Sequence record: NC_043027.1
Origin: Bacillus phage PBS1
Reading direction: 5' to 3' (one strand)
DNA: 32,000 nucleotides
Under the pieces are notes generated by a model. That model was given only the letters and a program-made list of their open reading frames with translations. It did no database searches and was not told the origin of the DNA. Position numbers and translations under genes: made by a program. Positions 18,360-27,607 of this stretch are shown here, one piece after another; the first letter of the stretch is position 1; each line of letters begins with the position of its first letter.

Positions 18360-19310
18360 ATGAAGAACAAGAGAGCAAAAAGAACTCTAAATGTGTTCTC
18401 TGTTCTAGTATTTGCATTTTTATTATTACTCCTAATGGGAAGTAATTATGTCATCAATCTAGCTAATACTAGTTCTGAGAAAATAAGCTCTGCTATAGAA
18501 AATCAGAACCGACAGCATGCTAGGAGTAATCTCTTATATTTTAACGATAAATTAACAAGGGATTACGAGAACGGTAAATTAGATGTTACCAATCCAAAAC
18601 AACTAGAGAAATGGGCTACTGATAATTTAAGAACAGTAAAATCAGATTCAACATTTAATAATTTTGCTGTAATTGAAGTTGAATATAGCAAAGCAAGTAA
18701 GGAGTATATTGGTAATTATATTTGGCGTGCATCTCCACAGAATATTGATAATGGTCTAGGATATATGACTACCTATGATATCATTGTTAATCAAGAGAAA
18801 GCCAGAGTCTTCTTTTCCAATAATAAAGATATTGGCGGGAAATATCCGTTTATTTCTTACAATTTAATTAAGAATTCCTATAAAGGAAAGATCAGCGACT
18901 TAATTAAAGAAGAAATCATTAGATATAAAAATCCAGATGAAGTCCAAGATACCTTAAATGCTATGTATGAAGGATCAGTAAGTGGTAACAATGATAATTA
19001 CACTTGGAAATATAATAATGGTAAAGAAAGCTTTATTGAATGGACAACAGTTCCTTTAGAATCAACTATTGGACTGAATGATGAACCAAAAAATAAACGT
19101 GGATTAATAAATCCTAATTATAAAAGAATTATTATAGCATGTTCAGTTGATAAAGATTATGTTAACCAACCATTTAAGAAACAAATAACAGATCTAGAAC
19201 ACTTTAAAGAGTGCGTTTTAATAGGAGTTAGTTTGTTTGTATTTCTCTCTATTGGTTTAATTCTCTATTTTACTTGGCTGATTTGCTACAATAATAACCA
19301 CAAAAAATAA
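18360..19310 (+). CDS. Membrane protein with two terminal TM helices and a large central extracytoplasmic domain
   Basis: N-terminal VFSVLVFAFLLLLLMGSNYVINL and C-terminal ECVLIGVSLFVFLSIGLILYFTWLIC. ATG 18360 or upstream ATG 18353 in another frame (SD gaaagggg). Confidence 0.75.
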   Translation: MKNKRAKRTLNVFSVLVFAFLLLLLMGSNYVINLANTSSEKISSAIENQNRQHARSNLLYFNDKLTRDYENGKLDVTNPKQLEKWATDNLRTVKSDSTFNNFAVIEVEYSKASKEYIGNYIWRASPQNIDNGLGYMTTYDIIVNQEKARVFFSNNKDIGGKYPFISYNLIKNSYKGKISDLIKEEIIRYKNPDEVQDTLNAMYEGSVSGNNDNYTWKYNNGKESFIEWTTVPLESTIGLNDEPKNKRGLINPNYKRIIIACSVDKDYVNQPFKKQITDLEHFKECVLIGVSLFVFLSIGLILYFTWLICYNNNHKK

Positions 19311-19323
19311 AAGAAAAGGAGCA

Positions 19324-19734
19324 TTGATAACCATGCCTAACCATACTGATGACACAATTGTCAGAATTTTATGGGTGGTAGTGATTAGCTTCTTTTCCGC
19401 ATTCGCCAAGGAACTTAATGATCGTGCCAAAAACCCTAAAGAAACGTTTCTCTTATTTCTGAGTGAGGTTCTTCTAAACGGTGTTTGTGGTGCGATCACT
19501 GGAGTTCTAGCATTTAACCTCACGGATAATATCTATACAATATCTGCTATTTCCGCAATCGGAGGATTAATGGGAATGAACCTCATCAAATACATTACTA
19601 AGCTTGGCATTGTTTATGTTGCGGCATTGAGAAATATAAACGTAGATGATCTTAGTAAAATTAATTTAGATGATGAAAAGCCTAGCGAAGAAGAAAAGAA
19701 AGAGAACACTACAGAAGAAAAAAGGGAATCCTAA
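19324..19734 (+). CDS. Holin-like membrane protein
   Basis: Short protein, TM-rich (VRILWVVVISFFSAFAKELND; FLSEVLLNGVCGAITGVLAF; AISAIGGLMGMNLIKYITK) with charged acidic C-terminal tail, LydA/holin-like layout. ATG 19333 (MPNHTDD) is a possible start. Confidence 0.55.
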   Translation: MITMPNHTDDTIVRILWVVVISFFSAFAKELNDRAKNPKETFLLFLSEVLLNGVCGAITGVLAFNLTDNIYTISAISAIGGLMGMNLIKYITKLGIVYVAALRNINVDDLSKINLDDEKPSEEEKKENTTEEKRES

Positions 19735-19857
19735 GATAATTAAAGAAGAATAGTCTAATAACTCACTGTTCTTCTTTGAATTATCATGGCATGAGTTATA
19801 ATGCTTCTTTTATGTTTTAATTTTATTACTTTTGAGTTATTATTTTAATATAAGAAT

Positions 19858-19883
19858 AAAATTATACTGTACAGTATAATTTT
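19858..19883. promoter_or_regulatory. 26-nt perfect palindrome, candidate operator
   Basis: aaaattatactgt|acagtataatttt in the ~230-nt gap before the AAA ATPase gene. Confidence 0.45.
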
Positions 19884-19966
19884 TCAATTGCATTTAATTG
19901 TCATTACCTTAAATGAAATATAAGAATATATTATTAATTTGTATATTTTATTAAGGAGGACATTAA

Positions 19967-21613
19967 ATGTCATATATTGAAATTGATAAAGAATTTTTTA
20001 TTAATAACATTCAGCCAGAGTTTAAAACTGATTCAGAAATCAATATTCAGGGTAGATCTAAACTTAGATATGGCGCATCAATGTTAGAATTAAATCCAAA
20101 TTCACTAGAATGGGATGACTTAGAAAAAATATATGATATTGCTCAGAATAAAGGCAATAGGTCTATTATGATGCAAGTTTCAGCGATCAAGAATTTAATC
20201 TCTGACTTTGAAGGAGCTAAGATAGCTAATTTAAGAGCACTTGCAATTGCACTACCTTCATACTTTAGTGATAATTTAATTGATGGATGGATTTATTCTT
20301 TAGATAGAAAAAATAATCCAATTACAGTTGATCCATATTTAATTACAGATATTCGTTACTATCCTCCTAAGAAGGATGAACCAGCGACAGTCTCTATGAG
20401 ATTAGTTGCTAATTCACCTCGTCAAAGTAGCCGTGATAAACGTTATACACGTAGTATCTATTTTGACAGTAGTGATATCAGAGGGAAAACAATTCCTCAA
20501 ATATTGGCAAAAGAAAATCTATTCCATGAAACTGAGGAATTAAAGAATATCTATCTAGAGCAATTAGAACTGTTTAATAAATATCAACCTCAAAAAACAA
20601 AGCAATTTTTAATTTCAGGAAAAAGCTATGAAACATCAGGAGGAAGTTATTCATCAGACTATTATTTTAATTCTAATGGTTATATAGATATAGCAACTAA
20701 AAATAGATTTATCAATGATGAAGGAATAATTAAACGAGTTTTTAATGAAGAACATGATCCTTATTATTGGAGAAACGAAGCAGGAGTGGAAGAAAAATTT
20801 GATAGAATTCCACAACATTGCTATATTTTTGGTTTTAACTTAGATACACATAAATATACATGGGTACATGCTACTAATATGAAACCATATGAATATGACA
20901 CTGGTCTAAGAGATAAGCTAATACTCCCTCAACGACATAAGGATTTAATTGACATTCTAGTAAGTGATCTTGATATTCTTAAAGAAGATATAATTGAAGG
21001 TAAATCTGGTGGAACTACTATATTAGCTACAGGTAAACCGGGACTTGGTAAGACTCTTTCAGCAGAAATTTATTCTGAAGCAATTGAAAAACCACTTTAT
21101 AAAGTTCATTCAGGACAATTAGGATTGAGCTCAAAAGATGTTCAAGAAAATCTAGAAGTAATATTAAAGAGAGCTTCACGTTGGGGAGCAATTGTATTAT
21201 TAGATGAAGCTGATGTTTTTATTAGAGAAAGAGGAAATGATTTGCAACAAAATGCTGTTGTTGCAAGCTTCTTAAGAACACTAGAATACTTTGATGGTAT
21301 TTTATTTATGACAACTAATAGGGAATTTGATGTAGATGATGCTATTAAATCAAGATGTATTGCTGTTATTAGATATGAAACACCTTCTGAAGAAGATGCT
21401 AAAAAAATATGGAAAGTATTATCTACTCAATTAGAAGTAAACCTTAGCGATGAATTAATTGATCAGTTAGTTCTTAAATTCCCAGAAGCATCAGGACGTG
21501 ATATTAAAGAACTATTAAAACTTACATCAAGATTTGCCAAAGGAAAAAATGAAGAAATCTCATTAGAACTGTTTAGACAGTGTGCTCAGTTTAGAGATAT
21601 TAAAATCAAATAG
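19967..21613 (+). CDS. AAA-family ATPase
   Basis: Walker A ATGKPGLGKTLSAE, Walker B AIVLLDEADVF, sensor FMTTNRE, SRC arginine finger region; aggagg SD. N-terminal ~300 aa not recognised. Confidence 0.85.
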   Translation: MSYIEIDKEFFINNIQPEFKTDSEINIQGRSKLRYGASMLELNPNSLEWDDLEKIYDIAQNKGNRSIMMQVSAIKNLISDFEGAKIANLRALAIALPSYFSDNLIDGWIYSLDRKNNPITVDPYLITDIRYYPPKKDEPATVSMRLVANSPRQSSRDKRYTRSIYFDSSDIRGKTIPQILAKENLFHETEELKNIYLEQLELFNKYQPQKTKQFLISGKSYETSGGSYSSDYYFNSNGYIDIATKNRFINDEGIIKRVFNEEHDPYYWRNEAGVEEKFDRIPQHCYIFGFNLDTHKYTWVHATNMKPYEYDTGLRDKLILPQRHKDLIDILVSDLDILKEDIIEGKSGGTTILATGKPGLGKTLSAEIYSEAIEKPLYKVHSGQLGLSSKDVQENLEVILKRASRWGAIVLLDEADVFIRERGNDLQQNAVVASFLRTLEYFDGILFMTTNREFDVDDAIKSRCIAVIRYETPSEEDAKKIWKVLSTQLEVNLSDELIDQLVLKFPEASGRDIKELLKLTSRFAKGKNEEISLELFRQCAQFRDIKIK

Positions 21614-21621
21614 AAGGAGTT

Positions 21622-21960
21622 ATGATAATGGGTAATATTCTTACTGAAATAAAAGCATTTGATACTAATTATATACAAAAAGGTGATGCTATTAAAATTA
21701 TTTCACCTGAAATTTTCTCTAAATTAGGTGTTAATAATAGGAATGCGATAATTTCCGAAATTAAAGATAATGGTCAGGAGCTAGTGTGCTTTTTTGTATC
21801 TGATACGTATGTAAATACTTCTCCTTTTGGGGTTATCTTTAATGGTGATAATTACAAAATTTTATCAATTAGAATAAATGTTAAAGATGTAGTTAATAAT
21901 ATGATTATGGTTGAAAAATTAATTCCTGAAGAAGTTCCACAAACAAGTGAAATTTTATAA
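21622..21960 (+). CDS. Hypothetical protein
   Basis: 112-aa ORF, aaggag SD. Confidence 0.7.
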   Translation: MIMGNILTEIKAFDTNYIQKGDAIKIISPEIFSKLGVNNRNAIISEIKDNGQELVCFFVSDTYVNTSPFGVIFNGDNYKILSIRINVKDVVNNMIMVEKLIPEEVPQTSEIL

Positions 21961-21966
21961 TATAAA

Positions 21967-22005
21967 TAAAGAATGAAATAGCATTATTAGCTATTTCATT
22001 CTTTA
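21967..22005. terminator. Perfect 16-bp hairpin
   Basis: taaagaatgaaatagc / attatta / gctatttcattcttta. Confidence 0.6.
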
Positions 22006-22028
22006 AATAACTTTAAAGGAGTAACATA

Positions 22029-22487
22029 ATGGAAAATTTATGGGAAATGAATGATGAAATAGAAACTTTAAAAGATTCAGATAATAATGAATATCTCTAT
22101 CATATTACTGATAAAAACAATTTAGAAAAAATAATGAAAGATGGACTTGATCCAACATCTAAAAAAGTAACAATAAATGAACAGAATCTAATTTATCTTA
22201 CATCAGACTATAATTTTATAATCGAAAATGATGATGAATTTTGGAGGAATGATTTAGTATTATTAAAAGTAATTATTAATGGAATTAAAGATAATTTAGA
22301 ACCAGATTATGAGTATGATGTAGGTTTAGACATTAATGGTAAACCCCACCCAATTAAAGCTGTAACTTATGATAAAAAGATTGATTCTAAGAGAATTTCA
22401 ATTATTGGGGAACTTGAATTATACCCATTAGAAAATGTACCTTTTCCTATGTATCATGGAAAAATCAAAAATAAAGGGGATAAGTAA
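22029..22487 (+). CDS. Possible ADP-ribosyltransferase-fold (Tpt1/KptA- or DarT-like) protein
   Basis: N-terminal YLYHITDKNNLEKIMKDGLDPTSK...LIYLTSD pattern (H-x-T/x...I...GL...YLT) is typical of ART-like folds. Confidence 0.45.
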   Translation: MENLWEMNDEIETLKDSDNNEYLYHITDKNNLEKIMKDGLDPTSKKVTINEQNLIYLTSDYNFIIENDDEFWRNDLVLLKVIINGIKDNLEPDYEYDVGLDINGKPHPIKAVTYDKKIDSKRISIIGELELYPLENVPFPMYHGKIKNKGDK

Positions 22488-22488
22488 A

Positions 22489-22746
22489 ATGGCAAATAAC
22501 TATACAGGTTACACAAGTGAACTTGGTTTGTTACTATATTCAAATAAAAAATATAATAGAAAAAATGTATTTAAAAGATTAAGATGTAAACATGATGTAA
22601 TTACAAGAGATAGATGGGTAGAAGCAGGTTTCTATCCAACAGATTATAGCGTTTATTATTGTGAAAAGTGTGGAAAAATCAAAAATATTAAAAAATGGAG
22701 TGGTGAAAAGAGAAAATTAAAATTTGGTAGAATAAGGGAAATATAA
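22489..22746 (+). CDS. Small protein with zinc-knuckle-like cysteines
   Basis: ATG 22489 within the ORF-track frame 22435..22746; RLRCKHDVITRDRW...YYCEKCGKIKNI; a start here fits the preceding stop at 22487. Confidence 0.65.
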   Translation: MANNYTGYTSELGLLLYSNKKYNRKNVFKRLRCKHDVITRDRWVEAGFYPTDYSVYYCEKCGKIKNIKKWSGEKRKLKFGRIREI

Positions 22747-22755
22747 TAAAATAGA

Positions 22756-22848
22756 TTTCCCTTCTCTTATGTATTCTCTTTTTAATAGAAAAAATTTAGA
22801 GAATTCCTAACAAGTAATTGAAAATCTTGTTATACATGAGAGGGGAAA
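22756..22848 (+). promoter_or_regulatory. Candidate structured 5'UTR RNA (three-way junction) for the RecA-like gene
   Basis: Outer stem 22756-22766/22838-22848 plus 22769-22773/22833-22837; hairpin A 22774-22779/22798-22803; hairpin B 22808-22814/22826-22832. SD agagggg lies in the closing stem. Confidence 0.5.
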
Positions 22849-22854
22849 TTCATA

Positions 22855-24120
22855 ATGTCAATCTTAACCGAAGAAATGCGTAAAATTATTAGTAAAGAAA
22901 AAATTGGAGAAGAAAATACTTATACTCCTGCATATAGAACTGGAATTGATCTTTTTGATTATCGTAACGGTCGTAGAGAAAGTGGTACTAAGAAGATTGG
23001 TATTGATGGCGGAAAGGTTCTTACAGTTGTAGGTAAATCAGGTACAGGTAAATCAACTCTTGCTATTGAGTTTGCCAGTAGTATTGTTGAACCATATAAA
23101 GAAGGACAAGTTTATCATTTGGATTTTGAACGTGCGTCAACTTTATCACGTATTCAAACTATTACTGGTTGGTCAGATGAAAAAGTTAAAGAAAAATGGA
23201 TTCTATTGAATCGTGGAATCTACAGTGAAAGTTTATATCAATTGGTTAAATCACTAGCTAAAATTAAGCTTGAAAAATTTGAAGAATTGGCTTTAGATAC
23301 AAATGAAGTTGATTTACATGGAAATGATGTAAGAGTTCTTCCTCCAACAGTTATCTTACTTGATTCTTGGGCTACTCAAATGCCTAAAAGTATCTCTGAG
23401 GAAGAAAAACTATCAGGTTCTATGTCAGCAACATCTATTGCTAAGACAAATAATGCTATTATTAAACGTATTATGGGTGATCTTGAACAAGCAAATATTA
23501 TCCTGATTATTATTAACCATATTACTCAAAAAATTGAAATTAACCCAATGGTTAAAACTCAGGCTCAAGTTAACTACTTTAAACAAGATGAATCTATTCC
23601 TGGAGGAACTTCTTGTATTTATCTTGCTAATACTCTTTTGAAGCTTGTTTCTTCAAGTAAACTAGAGCCAGATAAAGAGTTTGGAATTAAAGGATTTAAA
23701 GTAAATGGTGAGTTAATCAAATCACGTTCTAATAGTGCTGGTAATAAATTTGAGATGGTATTTGACCAAGAAAAAGGTTTTGATAATGTTCTTACTAACT
23801 ATCTTCTACTTAAATCTAGTGGTGCTATTGGTGGAGCAAGTAGAGGTTTCTATCTTAATACCCTTCCAGATGTAAAATTCTCTCAAAAAACAGTTAAAGA
23901 AAAGTATGAAACTGTTCCAGAATTTAAAGCTGAATTTGATCGTTTAGTTGAAGAGATTATGGAAGAATTCCTATCCGGTATTGATCTCTCAGAAGATAAT
24001 GATAATCTTACATTGGAAGAAAACATTGAAGGTAACATTTGGAGAGCTAGTGACGGTCAATATTATAAATTTGATGAAGAAACTGAGGAAGTTGAATTAA
24101 TTGAAAATTACGGAAAATAA
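22855..24120 (+). CDS. RecA/UvsX-like recombinase
   Basis: Walker A VVGKSGTGKSTLAIEFASS, YHLDFERAS, VILLDSW, NHITQKIEINP...GGTSCIYLANTLLKL. Confidence 0.85.
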   Translation: MSILTEEMRKIISKEKIGEENTYTPAYRTGIDLFDYRNGRRESGTKKIGIDGGKVLTVVGKSGTGKSTLAIEFASSIVEPYKEGQVYHLDFERASTLSRIQTITGWSDEKVKEKWILLNRGIYSESLYQLVKSLAKIKLEKFEELALDTNEVDLHGNDVRVLPPTVILLDSWATQMPKSISEEEKLSGSMSATSIAKTNNAIIKRIMGDLEQANIILIIINHITQKIEINPMVKTQAQVNYFKQDESIPGGTSCIYLANTLLKLVSSSKLEPDKEFGIKGFKVNGELIKSRSNSAGNKFEMVFDQEKGFDNVLTNYLLLKSSGAIGGASRGFYLNTLPDVKFSQKTVKEKYETVPEFKAEFDRLVEEIMEEFLSGIDLSEDNDNLTLEENIEGNIWRASDGQYYKFDEETEEVELIENYGK

Positions 24121-24127
24121 TCTTAAG

Positions 24128-24172
24128 ATGAGAATAGTGTAAATTACACTATTCTCATTATCTTTTTTCCAA
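24128..24172 (+). terminator. Terminator after recA-like gene
   Basis: atgagaatagtgtaa/ttacactattctcat followed by tatctttttt. Confidence 0.8.
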
Positions 24173-24300
24173 TTTATTTTTTAGATATATATTATAAAAA
24201 AGAATTCCCATTATCTAAAGGGAATGAAAAGTCTATATCAGACAAATAAAAATTTGCTTTTTGTTAAAAAATATGTTATAATAAAAGGAGGAAAATTTAA

Positions 24301-24693
24301 ATGAAAGTTGTAAAAAGTATAGTGAATGTAGCAATTCAACCAGAAAGTGTAGATTATATGAATAATCTATTTTCTTGTTATACAGAAGAAAATGATATTC
24401 CATATCATTTAACTATTAACAATCCAGTTATTCATATGTATCCAAAGGAAGATACATATGGTGAAGATGGAAAATTATATGGTTTTATTGATGCATTGAG
24501 GTTTACAGTAGATATCTATGATCCAGAAAAGAAAATAGTTTATAGGGATAATCGATTAAGAGATGTTATTAAAACAAATGATAGTAAAATTAAGAGTATT
24601 TCTTATTTCAAAGATCTTAGTACTATGATATCTTTTGATGGTAGCCATATGTTACGTCCAAATTATATAGAATTATTGGTGGAAAAAATATAG
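24301..24693 (+). CDS. Hypothetical protein
   Basis: 130-aa ORF, aggagg SD. Confidence 0.7.
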   Translation: MKVVKSIVNVAIQPESVDYMNNLFSCYTEENDIPYHLTINNPVIHMYPKEDTYGEDGKLYGFIDALRFTVDIYDPEKKIVYRDNRLRDVIKTNDSKIKSISYFKDLSTMISFDGSHMLRPNYIELLVEKI

Positions 24694-24711
24694 ACATAGG
24701 AGTTATTTATC

Positions 24712-24858
24712 ATGTTAATACAACCAGTCAGTCCAATTATACCTATTTATAATAATAAATTAAGGAATAAATTTTTAAAAAATAAAAAGAATGAAAAACA
24801 AAAGAATGATTTAATATTTAAAGATATTTTAGAGAAGTATATAAAAGAGGAGTGTTAA
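24712..24858 (+). CDS. Small basic protein (48 aa), absent from supplied ORF track
   Basis: MLIQPVSPIIPIYNNKLRNKFLKNKKNEKQKNDLIFKDILEKYIKEEC*, preceded by taggag. Confidence 0.6.
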   Translation: MLIQPVSPIIPIYNNKLRNKFLKNKKNEKQKNDLIFKDILEKYIKEEC

Positions 24859-24859
24859 T

Positions 24860-25312
24860 ATGGAAATAGAGGGATTCGAAGTACCAAGAGTTGGAATGTT
24901 ATATGAATATACAAGATTTGATAGAAATAATAACAATAAGAAGTATAGTAAAATAAAATTAGTCAATGATTTGTATGAATCAGATAATGAAATTTTAAAA
25001 GATATACCTTTTGAAGAATTGGGTTTCGAAGATCGTTATTATATTTCTGAAATTGCAATTTCTTTAAGACCTGATACTGACTTTTCTATATTTAAAGATA
25101 TATTCAAATATGATGAGAATACAGTTAACTATATTAGAGAATTTGGAAAAGGATCTAGTGAAGTTATTGCAATAAACAATTTGAGAAATGAATTTATTTT
25201 TGTTAAATATTATAAAGTACTTATTATAGGAGGATATGCGTATCCACTTTCTACAGATAATTATCAATGGATAGGTGACGCTAATATAGTAGATCGTTCA
25301 GAAGATTATTAA
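24860..25312 (+). CDS. Hypothetical protein
   Basis: 150-aa ORF, gaggag SD. Confidence 0.7.
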   Translation: MEIEGFEVPRVGMLYEYTRFDRNNNNKKYSKIKLVNDLYESDNEILKDIPFEELGFEDRYYISEIAISLRPDTDFSIFKDIFKYDENTVNYIREFGKGSSEVIAINNLRNEFIFVKYYKVLIIGGYAYPLSTDNYQWIGDANIVDRSEDY

Positions 25313-25341
25313 AAAGATACATACAACTAGGAGGAATATAA

Positions 25342-27339
25342 ATGGATGACATCAGTGTAATTAAGAATGAAGATTATGAAGGTTCACATAGATTTTTAGC
25401 AGAGGAATTGTTAATGCCTAATGCAAATAAAACAGACGGTAATAGATCTACAATGTTCTGCTCTCACTTAGCACAGGCAGTAACTCTACAAAAGGCTGAA
25501 CCGCCATTAGTCTATACTAACTTTGAGAATCAAGTTGGAAAGTATTCAACTGCAGGTTATAGAAAGGCTAATAGTAATTATAAGGTTATTGAAAAAATTT
25601 ATAAGAATGATTATAATTATGTACTTATTGTACAAGATCAGGAAACTGGGGAATATACATTATTTGAAAGAGCTGAATGTGAGTTTCTAACTGAACATTA
25701 TGGTTTTCAATGGGATAATGATAAAATTGATTCATTAAAGAAAGATGATACAATTGAAAAAGATACTGTATTATATAAGAATACCTGTTATGATGAAAAT
25801 ATGAATTTTGGTTATGGTGTTAATTTAAATGCTGCATATTTTAGTTATAAGAATGAAACATTAGAGGATGCTATTGTAATCTCTGAAAGTGCCGCTAAAA
25901 AGCTAGGAACATATAGTGTTAACAAAGTAAAAGTATCTGTCAATACAAATGATATCTTGCTTAACCTATATGGTGATAATGAGAACTATAAAGGATTCCC
26001 AGATATTGGAGAACATATTAAAAATCAGATTATTGCTAGCCGTAGAAGATTTGATTATAACACTGCATTATATGAATTAAAGAATCTAAATGAAATGAGA
26101 GATTCAGATACTCCATTCTTTGCTGATGGTAAGATTGTAGATATTGAGATTTTCTCTAATGTACCTGAAGAAGAATTAAAGGTACAGAAGTATAATGAAC
26201 AAGTTCTATACTATATTAATAAGCAAAAAGAATTTTCTAATAATGTTTATCAAAAACTTAAAAATATTGTAGAAGGTAAAGATAGTAATGTTTCAGACAA
26301 GCTATTGCATTTCTATAATAATTGTAAAATGAGAATTGATGAAAATATTTCTTACACTTATCAGAATAGTAAGTTTAGTGGTTTTATTATGGAATTCACA
26401 ATTTTAGAAGAAGAACCATTAAATAAAGGAAGTAAGATTACAGGTAGATATGGTAATAAAGGTGTAATTAGTAAAATACTCCCTGATGATCAAATGCCTA
26501 CTGTGGCTGAAGGACGTTTTAAAGGACTCAAGGCAGACATTTGTCTTAATCCTCTTGGTGTATTTAACCGCCTTAATCCAAGTCAGTTGATCGAACAAGA
26601 ATTAAACTGGATTGCTAAATTCATTAGAAAAGATATGGAAGAAGCAGGAAGTAATGAAGAAAAAGTTAGCATCTTACTTGATTTCTTAAATAGAGTGAAT
26701 AAAGAAGAAACTGAATTAATGGAAGAATTCATTAATAGTCTAAATAAAACAGAATTAGAAGAGTTTCTAAATGATATTATTGAAAATGGAATTCCTATCT
26801 GTCAAAAGCCATTCTTTGGTAATATTGGTTTAGATGAACTTTGGGAATTATACGATCATTATGATCATATTGATTACTTTAAATGTGAGGGAATTAGTAC
26901 TCCTTTAATTATTGGAGAAATTTATATGGTTAGATTAAAACATGAGCCGCATTCTAAATTTAGCGCTCGTAGTACATCATTTATGAACCTAAGAGGTCTA
27001 CCAGCTAAATCTAAGAACTTTAAAGAGCATAAAGACTTATATTCAAAAACACCTGTACGTATTGGTAATATGGAGATTTCTAACTTAAGTCTTACTAATG
27101 AAATGGGTTCTATTATGGATATGCTAAATTCATACTCTAATAATGAGACTAATAGAAGAGAACTTATTATGCAATTATTAACTGGAAATCCATTTGATAC
27201 CAATATTGATCTTTCAGATGTAGAGTCAGGTACAAGTAAGATTCTTAAATCTTTATTTACATGTCTCGGTCTTTCTATTGATGATGTAGAAGAAGAATGG
27301 GAAAATAAACTAAATGGAAAAGTAGAGGATGAAAAATAA
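25342..27339 (+). CDS. Phage multisubunit RNA polymerase beta subunit, C-terminal half
   Basis: ETLEDAIVISESAAKK (cf. NFEDSILISE), NKGSKITGRYGNKGVISKILPDDQMP (cf. GDKxAGRHGNKGVVSxIxPxEDMP), ADICLNPLGVFNRLNPSQLIEQELNW (cf. [21 protein letters not shown]), GEIYMVRLKHEPHSKFSARST. Confidence 0.9.
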   Translation: MDDISVIKNEDYEGSHRFLAEELLMPNANKTDGNRSTMFCSHLAQAVTLQKAEPPLVYTNFENQVGKYSTAGYRKANSNYKVIEKIYKNDYNYVLIVQDQETGEYTLFERAECEFLTEHYGFQWDNDKIDSLKKDDTIEKDTVLYKNTCYDENMNFGYGVNLNAAYFSYKNETLEDAIVISESAAKKLGTYSVNKVKVSVNTNDILLNLYGDNENYKGFPDIGEHIKNQIIASRRRFDYNTALYELKNLNEMRDSDTPFFADGKIVDIEIFSNVPEEELKVQKYNEQVLYYINKQKEFSNNVYQKLKNIVEGKDSNVSDKLLHFYNNCKMRIDENISYTYQNSKFSGFIMEFTILEEEPLNKGSKITGRYGNKGVISKILPDDQMPTVAEGRFKGLKADICLNPLGVFNRLNPSQLIEQELNWIAKFIRKDMEEAGSNEEKVSILLDFLNRVNKEETELMEEFINSLNKTELEEFLNDIIENGIPICQKPFFGNIGLDELWELYDHYDHIDYFKCEGISTPLIIGEIYMVRLKHEPHSKFSARSTSFMNLRGLPAKSKNFKEHKDLYSKTPVRIGNMEISNLSLTNEMGSIMDMLNSYSNNETNRRELIMQLLTGNPFDTNIDLSDVESGTSKILKSLFTCLGLSIDDVEEEWENKLNGKVEDEK

Positions 27340-27524
27340 TGGGAGTGAATGAAATAGAAAAAGAAATTAGATGGGTTGCTGATAATACTATCTTTACCCA
27401 TTTTACTTTTGGTATTCGTAATTTTAAGAAGATTCTAGAAGCTGTTTTAATTAAGTTAGATGGTCAATATGACACAAAATTAGTTCAAGATATAACTAGA
27501 GAAATTTATAATGAACAAATATAA
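27339..27524 (+). CDS. Hypothetical protein
   Basis: 61-aa ORF whose ATG overlaps the preceding stop (TAATG). Confidence 0.6.
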   Translation: MGVNEIEKEIRWVADNTIFTHFTFGIRNFKKILEAVLIKLDGQYDTKLVQDITREIYNEQI

Positions 27525-27538
27525 ATCATAATAAGAGA

Positions 27539-27577
27539 CGTATAATAGATGTGTGCCAGTTTCACATCTATTATACG
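27539..27577. terminator. Perfect 15-bp hairpin without U-tract
   Basis: cgtataatagatgtg / tgccagttt / cacatctattatacg, located just before aggagg. Confidence 0.55.
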
Positions 27578-27607
27578 CTATTAAAATTACAGGAGGACAT
27601 TATTAAT

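Noticed and set aside
19257-19523. 88-aa minus-strand ORF
   Set aside because: Antisense to the holin-like gene; no supporting motif.
24254-24282. Near-consensus promoter TTGCTT-17nt-TATAAT before 24301
   Set aside because: Predicted start would fall inside the SD sequence, leaving almost no leader; plausible by chance in AT-rich DNA.
25064-25267. 67-aa minus-strand ORF
   Set aside because: Antisense to 24860..25312.
26922-27401. 159-aa minus-strand ORF
   Set aside because: Antisense to the conserved RNAP beta C-terminal coding region.
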